Virus record (IMG/VR): IMGVR_UViG_3300045988_061617 | Span: 21,424 to 85,423 of that record | Direction: 5' to 3' (one strand) | Origin: a virus | DNA length: 64,000 bases | Shown here: positions 54,349-63,491 of the stretch, piece after piece | Layout: every line of letters begins with the position of its first letter | Position numbering within the stretch: position 1 is the first letter of the stretch | Made by a program: the position numbers and the translations under genes | Notes under the pieces: model-generated | Seen by the model: only the letters and a program-made list of their open reading frames with translations | Database searches by the model: none | Told to the model about the DNA's origin: nothing

Positions 54349-55497
54349 ATGGCAAAGAAATCTAAAGTGGGTTTAAAGGTACCCACAAAGAATGAAATAT
54401 TAAAAAAATATGGGAGTATGATGAGATTAGCATCAGAAACTGTGGAATCAAATCTATGGTTGCCATCAACATTTTTTGCTCTTAATTATACTTTCGGTGG
54501 TGGTATACCCTTTGGTAAAATTTTGGAAGTAGCAGGAGAAGAATCTTCAGGTAAATCTCTAATAGCTTATAACTTTGCATATACATGTCAACAACTCGGT
54601 GGACACGTTATATGGGTAGATGCTGAACAATCATGGATGAATTCATGGGCCGAGATCAATGGTGTAGATCCCGAAAAAGTTACAGTATTGAATGATACAC
54701 GTATAGAGTATATTTCTGATGCAGTAGCAGACTTAGCGATTTACCTACGTTCTCAATTAACCAATAATGAACCGATACTCTTAGTGATAGATTCTATTGC
54801 TGCTATGGACTGTGCAGATAATATAGATTCCAAAATGGTAGAGGGCAAAGCAGAGATGGGAGGTAGAGCAAAAGCTCTTTATAAATACTTCCGTATCAGA
54901 AGTGAATTATTTTATAGATTGGGAGTTACACAGATTTACATTAATCAATTAAGAACTGCTCTAAATGTCGGATTCGGAAAAGATAACACAACTACTACGG
55001 GAGGTGCAGCACTTAAGTTCTACGCTTCAATCAGAGCTGCCTTTTACTCAGGCAGGTCTATCACTATTAAACAGAAAGGTAAAGAACGGAAGGCTGGTAA
55101 ATTGGTCACAATCAGACTTATTAAAAATAAAGTTGCTCCTCCAAGACCTACAATCAGTAAATGCCCGGTTTACTTCAATCCTAAGTTCCATGAAGTAGGT
55201 TTCGATAGATGCTATGCTCTTGAGGATGTATTAGTAGAAAATGACATTATCGAAAAATCTTCAGGAGGCGTATATAAGTTTAAGGGGAAAACACTTGCAA
55301 GAGGGGAAGAGAAATTTCAAAAACTTTTAGAGGAAGATGATGAACTTCGTCGCAAGCTCCTTCGTAAAGCCGATATAAATACTATTGGTACAACTAGAAA
55401 ACGGATGGAAGCATTGACTACTAATTTATATCCAGTAGATGGAGTAGAATATGAATCATTTAACGAATCAGAAGACGAGGAGGAAGAGGATGAGTAA
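54349..55497 (+). CDS. RecA/UvsX-like recombinase
   Basis: Walker A VAGEESSGKSLIA, Walker B ILLVIDSIAAM, RecA-like L1/L2 region (QLRTALNVGFGKDNTTTTGGAALKFYAS), acidic tail SEDEEEEDE. Confidence 0.85.
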   Translation: MAKKSKVGLKVPTKNEILKKYGSMMRLASETVESNLWLPSTFFALNYTFGGGIPFGKILEVAGEESSGKSLIAYNFAYTCQQLGGHVIWVDAEQSWMNSWAEINGVDPEKVTVLNDTRIEYISDAVADLAIYLRSQLTNNEPILLVIDSIAAMDCADNIDSKMVEGKAEMGGRAKALYKYFRIRSELFYRLGVTQIYINQLRTALNVGFGKDNTTTTGGAALKFYASIRAAFYSGRSITIKQKGKERKAGKLVTIRLIKNKVAPPRPTISKCPVYFNPKFHEVGFDRCYALEDVLVENDIIEKSSGGVYKFKGKTLARGEEKFQKLLEEDDELRRKLLRKADINTIGTTRKRMEALTTNLYPVDGVEYESFNESEDEEEEDE

Positions 55498-56362
55498 GAA
55501 AACAATATTACTGATTGATGGGGAGAACATTCTCCATCAATCTTTTCATAAGTTCGAAAAACTTAAATCTACCGATGGAAAACCCAGTGGGGCAATATTC
55601 GGATTTTTTAAATCCTTACATATGTATCTCACAAGGTTTGAACCAGACGAGGTTTATATAACTTTTGATAATGGTCACTCTCCAGTGAGGACAAAATTAT
55701 TACCCAATTATAAGGGACATCGGAAGAATATATCTATAGATTATGAGTCATTGCAGAATCAAAAGGCAATGATAATGAAAATGCTTGGTATGCTAAGAAT
55801 TAACTATATATTCGATAAAAAGAAATCCACAGTATACGAAGGAGATGATTTCTTAGCATACCTTGCAATTAAAAAATTCCAATCCGAGAAGATGATATTA
55901 ATATCTTCGGACAAGGATTTTAATCAGTTGCTTTCGAATAATCTAAGGATATATAATCCGAGAAAAGACGAAATGATAAGGATGGATAATTGCAAAGAGT
56001 TATTTGGCTATCATTCCCATGAAACAGTAGAATACCTTGCAATGGTTGGGGATACTTCAGATGATATTACTGGGTTCCCAGGTATTGGTCCAGTAAAAGC
56101 CAGGAAGATTCTTGATGATGGTAGAATTGAAAAGTTCATTGCTCAAAGTAAGAATAAAGAGTATCTTCAAATATGGAGAAGAAATGAACAATTGATTGAC
56201 CTTTTTTGGTTTGTAAGACATAACCCTTTAAAAGAGTTACCAGTAAAGTCAAAAAGACAGTTTAAATATGAGAAATTCAAGAAAGTATGTATCGAATACT
56301 CTTTAGCATCCTTCTTAACAAATGAATTTATAAAACCCTTTAAAGAATTACACCATGAGTAA
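55490..56362 (+). CDS. 5'-3' exonuclease / flap endonuclease (T4 RNase H-like)
   Basis: ILLIDGENILHQSFH, ITFDNGHSPVR...YKGHRK, YEGDDFLAY, ISSDKDFNQLL and the H3TH motif MVGDTSDDITGFPGIGPVKARKIL. The ATG at 55490 (ATGAGTAA overlap with the recA-like stop) is preferred to 55451. Confidence 0.9.
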   Translation: MSKKTILLIDGENILHQSFHKFEKLKSTDGKPSGAIFGFFKSLHMYLTRFEPDEVYITFDNGHSPVRTKLLPNYKGHRKNISIDYESLQNQKAMIMKMLGMLRINYIFDKKKSTVYEGDDFLAYLAIKKFQSEKMILISSDKDFNQLLSNNLRIYNPRKDEMIRMDNCKELFGYHSHETVEYLAMVGDTSDDITGFPGIGPVKARKILDDGRIEKFIAQSKNKEYLQIWRRNEQLIDLFWFVRHNPLKELPVKSKRQFKYEKFKKVCIEYSLASFLTNEFIKPFKELHHE

Positions 56363-56942
56363 ACGAATAATGTTTGTAGGTCCCTCTGGTATAGGAAAAA
56401 CCACTTTAGCTAAATATGTAGCTAAGAAAGAAGATATACCTTTTATCTCTGGTAGTATGTCGGATTTATTGCCTGCTACTAAAGATGTATCACATAGTGA
56501 GATATTATCTCTTGGTTCGGAGGCAATGTATAAATCAGACTTTCAACTTCTGAACTTGAGAAATAGGTTATTCAAAGATAAAGAATATTTCGTAACAGAT
56601 AGAAGTTATGCAGACTTAGCTGCTTATTTCTGGTACAAACAATCAAAAAGTATACCTGAATGTGAAATAGAACATTTTATTTGTCAATGTAGGACTTTGA
56701 TGGAAGGTCAATGTGATGTAGCTATATTTTTACCATTATCCCTAAGTACTTATAAGAATTGGTCAATGGAAGACAATGGTAAAAGAATACTCAATAGATT
56801 CTTTCAAGTTCAGATCTCTTCTCTTATGAGTGAACTACTTGCAAATTGGGAAATACCTACCATTTGTATTTCGGATTTGAATTTAGAAATGAGAATAGGA
56901 CAAATAGATTATCATCTAAGTAGAATATGGGAAAAGAAGTAA
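56355..56942 (+). CDS. P-loop deoxynucleotide/deoxynucleoside kinase-like protein
   Basis: Walker A FVGPSGIGKTTLAKY. VTDRSYADLAAYF resembles the (E/D)RS motif of dNK-family kinases. 195 aa. Confidence 0.55.
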   Translation: MSKRIMFVGPSGIGKTTLAKYVAKKEDIPFISGSMSDLLPATKDVSHSEILSLGSEAMYKSDFQLLNLRNRLFKDKEYFVTDRSYADLAAYFWYKQSKSIPECEIEHFICQCRTLMEGQCDVAIFLPLSLSTYKNWSMEDNGKRILNRFFQVQISSLMSELLANWEIPTICISDLNLEMRIGQIDYHLSRIWEKK

Positions 56943-57901
56943 TAGCAATAGCCTTTTCGGATTTGCATATTAATATATGGGGTAAATTCAATAATAATAA
57001 TCATAGAACCTTGAATAGTTTCAGGGTTTTGTCGATTATACAAAAGCAATGTAAGAAATATAATTGTCCGGCTTTATTTTGTGGAGACTTATTTCATAAA
57101 GCAGAAACCATGGACCAAGAACTTGATGAGATATGCTACAAAGAATTTAATAAGTACAATGATTATGACCCTCTATGGATATATGCTATATCCGGGAACC
57201 ATGATATAAAGAAGATAAGTAAAGTGGGTATGCCCCCATACAGTTGGCTTTATAGAGTAGAAAGGTATGGTATTTATATATTAGACTATAGTTCAACTAT
57301 CCTATCTTCTAACCATCGGAATATAAAAGTATATGGTGTTCCCTATATTGATAATAATGTCGGTTTAAGCGAATATCTTAAGAACTTGGAATTAGATAAG
57401 AATCTTAAGAATATTCTTCTACTACATACCGATTATCCAGGAGCAAAGGATACAGACGGTAGGGAAATAGATTCTGTAGAAAATCTTAATGTTAATCTTC
57501 TTAATAAGTTCGATTTAATATTATGTGGCCATATTCATAAACCTCAAAGGCTTTCGAAAAAGGTCTATATGATTGGGGCAACTAACCATCAAAGAAGAAC
57601 CGATAGAGATTGTGAATTGGGGTATTGGAAAATATATGAAGACCTATCTATGAAGTTTATCCACTTAAAAGAGTTTCCTAAATTTATTGATGTAGAATCT
57701 GAGGAAGATATTAAGGATGATGGCAATTATTATACGGTAATACCCAAAAAAGCTAGTACTCCAGTTAATAACAAACATAAGATTACTAAGCAACTTTCTA
57801 AGAAAACTCTAGCAAAAAGATACTTAAAAGAGAAAGGTATAAAAGATGAGGTTAAAACCAATCTTTTAATAGAAACACTTAAAAAAGCTGAATCATGTTA
57901 A
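56927..57901 (+). CDS. SbcD/Mre11-like nuclease (T4 gp47 analogue)
   Basis: Calcineurin-like phosphoesterase motifs FSDLH, CGDLFH, SGNHD, LLLHTD, CGHIH. Confidence 0.85.
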   Translation: MGKEVIAIAFSDLHINIWGKFNNNNHRTLNSFRVLSIIQKQCKKYNCPALFCGDLFHKAETMDQELDEICYKEFNKYNDYDPLWIYAISGNHDIKKISKVGMPPYSWLYRVERYGIYILDYSSTILSSNHRNIKVYGVPYIDNNVGLSEYLKNLELDKNLKNILLLHTDYPGAKDTDGREIDSVENLNVNLLNKFDLILCGHIHKPQRLSKKVYMIGATNHQRRTDRDCELGYWKIYEDLSMKFIHLKEFPKFIDVESEEDIKDDGNYYTVIPKKASTPVNNKHKITKQLSKKTLAKRYLKEKGIKDEVKTNLLIETLKKAESC

Positions 57902-59607
57902 CATTTCTAAGTATGGACGCAGAGGGATTTTGTTCAATAGAATCCCTACATTTGTTATTGAATACTCAATGTACCATACTAATCAAAGCTTCGAATGGCA
58001 AAGGGAAATCCACTATCCTTTCAGCTTTGGTATGGGCAATATATGGGAAAAACTTAAAAGGAGTTTCTGAGGTAAATACCTGGAAACAAGTAAGACCTAA
58101 AGATTACAAAGGTACTAGAGTTCAAGTATACTTTCAGAAAGATTCACATACTTATAAGATAATAAGATGTCAAAAATATGAGGAAGTACTTGATGATGGA
58201 GCTAAAGGTAAAGACCGACTTATATTTATCAAGGATGGCGATGTCATTGATATAAAAGGGAAGGGTAAGATACAAGATGCCATAAACAGAGAAATAGGTT
58301 TGTCATATACTCTGTTCATGAATTCAATTATGTTTGGCCAGGGAATAAGGAGGCTTATACAAGAGTCTAATTCAGATAAGAAAAAGATATTCGAAGAAGT
58401 ATTTGATTTAGAGTTTTTAAACCTTGCTAAGGGCATTGCATTGCAAGATAAGAATAACCTTATATCTCAGATAAACGAAGTAGAGCATGAGTCTCAAATG
58501 CTGAAGAAAGAATTAGAGGCTAACAAGGAGGCTTACTTTGATATGAGAGATAGGGAAAAATCATTCAAACAAAAGATTAGGGAAGAGAGGAAAGAACTAA
58601 AACAAGATAGGGAGAAGCTAACTAAGTTACTGATTGAAAAACAAAAACAGATTAAGGATGAGGTGGATGCTTCACTTCATATAAAGATTAAGAAACAGAA
58701 TAAACTAATCCTTGATTTAAGGGGTAAGATAAAAGATGCTAAGAGTTTATCTAATGTACCTCTCAAGACGGTAATTAAGGAATTAGTAATACAGTTAGAG
58801 GCAGGTCACTACAAACGTGCATTACGTGATGCTAAATCAATATATAAAGCGTTTTCTGACCTTGATAAATATGATAAGGAATATCAAGAGGCTTTAGAGA
58901 GATTAGAGGAACTTGGTAGTGTAAATGATAAGTATAGGAAATTAAAGTCTGATTGTGATGATATTGCTTCTGATATTGCTTCTGTTGATGAAGATTTGGC
59001 TAAACTCAAACAGGAAAAACTTAAAGTCATGTCTCCCAAGTATAAACAAAAACTTAAGGAGATTAGGAAAAAATTACGTAAGGTTGATGAAGATTTTCAC
59101 AACAAAGAATTAGAGCTTGAAAATTATAATTGGTTAATCAATGACCCATTGGGAAATAATGGTATTAAAGCTTACTTATTCGATTCCTCTCTTGAGTTCT
59201 TGAATAAATGTTTAGAAAAGTATTCAGAAGTATTAGGATTTAGGATTGAGTTTAATATTGATTTGGGAACTGCTAGAAAAGAATTTGTTACTCTTATAGA
59301 AAGAGATGGGATGATTATAGATTATGATGAACTATCAGGAGGAGAAAAACAATTGGTTTGTGTAGCAATGGCATTTGCAATGAACGAAGCTTTAACTGCT
59401 TCTAAAGGTATCAACTTAGCATTTCTCGATGAGGTATTCGAATCTTTAAGCTCTGATAATGTTGAGATAGTTACATCACTAATACGTCACATATTCAAAG
59501 AAAAAACATTGTTCTTGATAACCCATTTAGATTCACTTCCGTTAGGTAATACCAAAATCCTGCAAGTGGAAAAGGATAATGGCCTAAGTAGGTACCAACT
59601 ACTATAA
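57895..59607 (+). CDS. SbcC/Rad50-like ATPase (T4 gp46 analogue)
   Basis: Walker A ASNGKGKSTIL, a long central coiled coil, ABC signature LSGGEKQ, Walker B LAFLDEVFESL. Confidence 0.85.
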   Translation: MLTFLSMDAEGFCSIESLHLLLNTQCTILIKASNGKGKSTILSALVWAIYGKNLKGVSEVNTWKQVRPKDYKGTRVQVYFQKDSHTYKIIRCQKYEEVLDDGAKGKDRLIFIKDGDVIDIKGKGKIQDAINREIGLSYTLFMNSIMFGQGIRRLIQESNSDKKKIFEEVFDLEFLNLAKGIALQDKNNLISQINEVEHESQMLKKELEANKEAYFDMRDREKSFKQKIREERKELKQDREKLTKLLIEKQKQIKDEVDASLHIKIKKQNKLILDLRGKIKDAKSLSNVPLKTVIKELVIQLEAGHYKRALRDAKSIYKAFSDLDKYDKEYQEALERLEELGSVNDKYRKLKSDCDDIASDIASVDEDLAKLKQEKLKVMSPKYKQKLKEIRKKLRKVDEDFHNKELELENYNWLINDPLGNNGIKAYLFDSSLEFLNKCLEKYSEVLGFRIEFNIDLGTARKEFVTLIERDGMIIDYDELSGGEKQLVCVAMAFAMNEALTASKGINLAFLDEVFESLSSDNVEIVTSLIRHIFKEKTLFLITHLDSLPLGNTKILQVEKDNGLSRYQLL

Positions 59608-59627
59608 TGTTATAATTAATTATAACA
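59608..59627. repeat. Perfect 20-bp palindrome
   Basis: TGTTATAATTAATTATAACA is its own reverse complement. It starts 1 nt after the SbcC-like stop and ends 10 nt before the next ATG. Confidence 0.9.
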
Positions 59628-59637
59628 AGACAGGATT

Positions 59638-60171
59638 ATGGCAAACTCAAAAAAGAAGGGGAATCGTTTTGAGCTAAAGATATCAAAATGGTTCACTCAA
59701 TGGACTACATATAAATTTGGAAGAACACCCTACTCTGGAGCAAATCATCAGAGTAGGGATTTGGCTTCAGATATCATGTGTCAAGATGAAAGACATGCTC
59801 ATAGGTGTAAGATATCAGTAGAATGCAAAAACTATAAGGATATCAAATTTGAACATATCCTTCTCGGCAATAAAAACTGTGATATATTAAAATTCTGGGA
59901 ACAAGCAAGTAAAGATGCTGAAAGAGCAAATAAAGTTCCCATTCTCTGTATGAGGTATAACTCAATGCCTTCCGAAGAATTTTTCTTTGTAGTAGGTAAG
60001 AAACTTGCTCCAGTATTTTATAGGCCTCTATTTAACAAATGTAATATCATGGTAATAGATGTACCTAAAATAGATGAGATTCTTTATGTATTCATGGCTA
60101 GTAATATATTAGAGAATGTAAACTATAAGTTAGTACATAAACAAGCAAAGTCAATTCTTAAAAACCCATAA
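59638..60171 (+). CDS. PD-(D/E)xK nuclease, Holliday-junction-resolvase-like
   Basis: N-terminal KKGNRFELKISKWF, then D ... ECK (ASDIMCQD...KISVECKNYKD), as in archaeal Hjc-related phage endonucleases. Confidence 0.5.
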   Translation: MANSKKKGNRFELKISKWFTQWTTYKFGRTPYSGANHQSRDLASDIMCQDERHAHRCKISVECKNYKDIKFEHILLGNKNCDILKFWEQASKDAERANKVPILCMRYNSMPSEEFFFVVGKKLAPVFYRPLFNKCNIMVIDVPKIDEILYVFMASNILENVNYKLVHKQAKSILKNP

Positions 60172-60175
60172 ACTC

Positions 60176-60892
60176 ATGAAAAAGCATACCCCATATAAAT
60201 ACTGTATATTCTATATAGAAAGGAAATACTACGATCGAATTAACAAAGAACTTAAGGAAAAGGGGTATGATAAAATAAAAGCCATCATACCTACAGTAAG
60301 TATATTAAAAAAGACCACTAAAGGTAAAATGGTATTTGAGGATGTACCGGTATTATTTAATTATGGGTTTATGAGAATACCTACAGAATTGGCATACTCA
60401 AGGCCATTTTTAAATAAACTAAAAAGAAGTATATCTGGTATACGTACTTGGTTAAGAGATACAGAAACTCTTCATCCAAGAAAGAAAAAAGCCCGTATAG
60501 ATAATGCAGAAGACTTTGATGATTTTTCTTTAGTTGCTACTTGTAGTAGAAAAGATGTAAGGAGATTCATTAGAATATCAAAAGATAACAAAAGATTTTC
60601 TGTTGAGGATTTAGTCAATGTAGAAATTGGCGATTACATAGTACTTAGAGGATATCCCTATGAAGGGATAGATGCTACCGTATTAGAAGTAGATCACCTA
60701 TGTAAACGGGTAAAAGTACTTATTTATCCAGAAATGGGTAAAATGGAAGTATGGTTACCCTTCGATAATGTAATTTATAGTGTATATCAAAATTATGACC
60801 CTGATAAGTTATTTGCTAATCAAGGAGATTTTGACCCAAATCAGATTACCAGTGAAGCAATAGATAATATTATGAATATAAGAAAAGGATAG
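60176..60892 (+). CDS. NusG/RfaH/UpxY-like transcription elongation factor (NGN + KOW)
   Basis: NGN-like KYCIFYIERKYYDRINKELKEKGYDKIKAIIPTVSILKKTTKGKMVFEDVPVLFNYGFMRIP. KOW-like VEIGDYIVLRGYPYEGIDATVLEVDHLCKRVKVLIYPEMGKMEVWLPFDNV. Confidence 0.65.
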   Translation: MKKHTPYKYCIFYIERKYYDRINKELKEKGYDKIKAIIPTVSILKKTTKGKMVFEDVPVLFNYGFMRIPTELAYSRPFLNKLKRSISGIRTWLRDTETLHPRKKKARIDNAEDFDDFSLVATCSRKDVRRFIRISKDNKRFSVEDLVNVEIGDYIVLRGYPYEGIDATVLEVDHLCKRVKVLIYPEMGKMEVWLPFDNVIYSVYQNYDPDKLFANQGDFDPNQITSEAIDNIMNIRKG

Positions 60893-60894
60893 TT

Positions 60895-61878
60895 ATGATG
60901 AATGAGGCTCAGAAAAAAGCATGGGATTGTTTAATAGATAGGGAACAACAATCTTTATTCCTCCAATTATCTGAAAACAAGTCTTCGTGGGAAGCTGGTG
61001 AAATTTTAAAGTTATCTCATTATAAGTATCTTGAAATCCGAGAAAGGTCAGAAAAATTCTTTAGGCTATTCTCGGATTTTTTTGAGAAACACACTTCTAT
61101 TTTTCGACCAGATTGTCCATGTGAAAGAAATTTTCAAGATTATATTGAGGGTTGTTTAGAGAAAAGGCTAACAAGGAAACAAGCCAGTTTATACACTGGA
61201 GATTCTGCTCAAATACTTTCTAAAGTAAATTCTAAAAATATAGACAGGAATATCAAAAGGATGAAAGAATCCGATAATGAGTGGGATAAGGATACTCTAA
61301 GACTAATTTTTGAATTTGATAGGTGGAATAACTTTAGAATACTTCCAAGAATGCTACAACAGCCTTCTGCATTTAAGAGAAGGTCGAATAAGAAAGATAA
61401 GATATACATCAAATATCTTCTTAATAGAATTCCAGAATGGATGCACACTAAACTAAAGGAAAGGTTTAGATATAAAGTAAAACCTGGGAAGAAAAAGTAT
61501 TGGGTATGCTTAATATCAGAAGACTTATATACGGATGGTTATCTATTAATGCCAGTAAGACCCTTGGAAGAAGTGGTAAATGAGTTTAGTAGATTTTATA
61601 TGTATGTTTTTGAGAAAAAAGACGATGCCGATACTTTTGGTTTTATGGTATCTAAGTTTATGATTAAAACTGGTACAGTAAAACTTGGACAAAAATTCTG
61701 GCCTGAGTACCGTTGCTGTGTGGAAAAAGCAGTAAACTATAATCAAGTAAACAACATAGAATTCAACGTAAAGAAATTAGATATGGCTTATAATATCCAT
61801 ACACACAGAAAACCGAAAAAACCTAAGTCTACTGCTGTAGAACGGGCAAAAACCTCGGATTTTTATAAAAATAAATAG
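60895..61878 (+). CDS. Hypothetical protein with an N-terminal sigma region-4-like HTH
   Basis: LIDREQQSLFLQLSENKSSWEAGEILKLSHYKYLEIRERSEKFF resembles an L..re..v..L......s..EiA..l.iS..tV pattern. The rest is basic and unassigned. Confidence 0.3.
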   Translation: MMNEAQKKAWDCLIDREQQSLFLQLSENKSSWEAGEILKLSHYKYLEIRERSEKFFRLFSDFFEKHTSIFRPDCPCERNFQDYIEGCLEKRLTRKQASLYTGDSAQILSKVNSKNIDRNIKRMKESDNEWDKDTLRLIFEFDRWNNFRILPRMLQQPSAFKRRSNKKDKIYIKYLLNRIPEWMHTKLKERFRYKVKPGKKKYWVCLISEDLYTDGYLLMPVRPLEEVVNEFSRFYMYVFEKKDDADTFGFMVSKFMIKTGTVKLGQKFWPEYRCCVEKAVNYNQVNNIEFNVKKLDMAYNIHTHRKPKKPKSTAVERAKTSDFYKNK

Positions 61879-61909
61879 AGAAATAAGATATAATTAAATA
61901 TATTATTCG

Positions 61910-61927
61910 TATATTTGCATAACGAAT
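61910..61927 (+). promoter_or_regulatory. Promoter box TATATTTGCATAACGAAT upstream of the 61954 gene cluster
   Basis: Contains TAnnTTTG and is 18/18 identical to the minus-strand box at 37625-37642. It sits in a 75-nt AT-rich gap, with the G of TTTG 37 nt upstream of the ATG. In this copy it is flanked by the inverted pentamers ATTCG ... CGAAT (61905-61927). Confidence 0.55.
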
Positions 61928-61953
61928 TAATGAATACTTAAAATATTAACTTT

Positions 61954-62532
61954 ATGGCTAAGAGGGATAAAAAAGAAAAGAAAGCTCCATCCAGGGAAAA
62001 GTCAAATTTCCTTGGTGCATCTGGGAGAAACATGACCTATAAAGATTTAAAGAGAAAAGCTATAATCTTAGGTATGCCCTTCCCGGACGCTTGTTCTGCT
62101 GGAGTATTTGATTTATTAGGGTATATCAATAACTCCGAAGAAAAACCAGATAAATCTTTAATAGATAAATATGACGATTGGATGGATAAACAATTGGAGA
62201 ACATAGGCTATTCAAAAGATAATCCATTAAGAAGTTCCAGATTAAGGCTTGGGTTTCTTGGAGAAGAAGGGGAGAATGGGCAAAGAAAGATAAAACGAGT
62301 ACCTGGGATTAAGAAACCCAGAGAGAAGAAACCTCCCAGAGAAAGGGATGAGTTTAATCTTATCAAGGGTACTAAGAAATCTTATGTATGGGAATTAACT
62401 TCTAAGGGTTATGATATAGATAGGGTGATAAGAAGGATGAAAAAGAAATTCCCTGAAGCTAATGAGAAATCAATTAATCTTTGGTATAGAATGGCAAAGA
62501 GAACGATAAATGGTAAAACTAAAGGAAAATAG
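61954..62532 (+). CDS. Hypothetical basic protein
   Basis: 192-aa Lys/Arg-rich ORF downstream of the promoter box. No motif recognised. Confidence 0.5.
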   Translation: MAKRDKKEKKAPSREKSNFLGASGRNMTYKDLKRKAIILGMPFPDACSAGVFDLLGYINNSEEKPDKSLIDKYDDWMDKQLENIGYSKDNPLRSSRLRLGFLGEEGENGQRKIKRVPGIKKPREKKPPRERDEFNLIKGTKKSYVWELTSKGYDIDRVIRRMKKKFPEANEKSINLWYRMAKRTINGKTKGK

Positions 62533-63073
62533 CAAAGAACCAATAAAACCAGATAGATATTATATTTGGACTTGGAGACCAGATACTACTAATAAGTATA
62601 TTACTGAAAAAAGTCTTTATAGGAAACATCTTACTGGTATCCCCTATTTCACAAGGTATCAAGTAAAATTAACTCTGGTTCATATGTATGGGGTTGATGT
62701 TCTTCAATATATACATATAATTTCAGGGAGAAAGCTTTTAAGGAAAGGTATAAAAGAACTTTCAGATATGAATGGACTAAGACTTAAATCGGGTTCTACA
62801 AAATTTTGGTTTAAGGGGAAATTAGTTAAGGCAAGGAAGTTTGTAATACCGGATGAATATAGGATTAATAAACATAGGAGGAGAAGATTTATGGTGCAAA
62901 TGCACCGAGTTTTTAAATCTAAGGGAAAAAAAGAATTCAATGAAAGGTACTCAATTAAACTTTATGGACAGCGCCAAGGCATCGACCCCAAGTATATCCA
63001 CAAAAAGAGACTACAGATGCGTGCTATTATCCTACAGAATTTACAACAGGCTGCCTCAAGAGGAGAAACATAA
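62510..63073 (+). CDS. Hypothetical basic protein
   Basis: 187-aa ORF. Its 3' 220 nt are also open in another frame (see findings). Confidence 0.45.
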   Translation: MVKLKENSKEPIKPDRYYIWTWRPDTTNKYITEKSLYRKHLTGIPYFTRYQVKLTLVHMYGVDVLQYIHIISGRKLLRKGIKELSDMNGLRLKSGSTKFWFKGKLVKARKFVIPDEYRINKHRRRRFMVQMHRVFKSKGKKEFNERYSIKLYGQRQGIDPKYIHKKRLQMRAIILQNLQQAASRGET

Positions 63074-63152
63074 ATTCAATGGATTATTTTTGCAGTATCC
63101 TCCATTAGTTAGTTCTTTGGCTTTATATTTAAGGAAGAAACTAAATATACCA

Positions 63153-63491
63153 ATGCAGAAGATACTATTTATCAAAGCACAAAGGGATATGGTAGATGTA
63201 TTCGATGAAGCCTCAATTAAATTCATGGGATACCTTCCAAAAGAAAGGTTTATTAAGAAATCTCTCCTATTTCAATGTTTTGTTCCTTTAGAGTATATAA
63301 AAATTAGAAAGTCCTATGCTTATATAATGACCAATAGGATGATAGAAAATAAGATATGGGTATACCCAGTTAGGTTATCCGATAACTATAGAATAATGAA
63401 AAAGGGGAAATATAAATCTTATACCGAAGTATTCGGAAAGGTTGGTATTCCTGGTATAACTAAAATTAGATATAGCGATGAAAGATACTAA
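63153..63491 (+). CDS. Hypothetical protein (conservative start; the ORF is open from 62853)
   Basis: The ORF-track start at 62853 overlaps the upstream gene by 220 nt. 63153 is the first ATG after the upstream stop, and in-frame ATGs also occur at 62940 and 62964. Confidence 0.4.
   Translation: MQKILFIKAQRDMVDVFDEASIKFMGYLPKERFIKKSLLFQCFVPLEYIKIRKSYAYIMTNRMIENKIWVYPVRLSDNYRIMKKGKYKSYTEVFGKVGIPGITKIRYSDERY

Noticed and set aside
54965-55198. 77-aa alternative-frame ORF within the RecA-like gene
   Set aside because: The RecA frame is continuous through Walker A/B and the L1/L2 region here.
62853-63152. Using the ORF-track start at 62853 for the last long ORF
   Set aside because: It would overlap the upstream gene by 220 nt, far more than any other junction in this tightly packed genome. 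It is reported as a finding instead, and the conservative start at 63153 is used.
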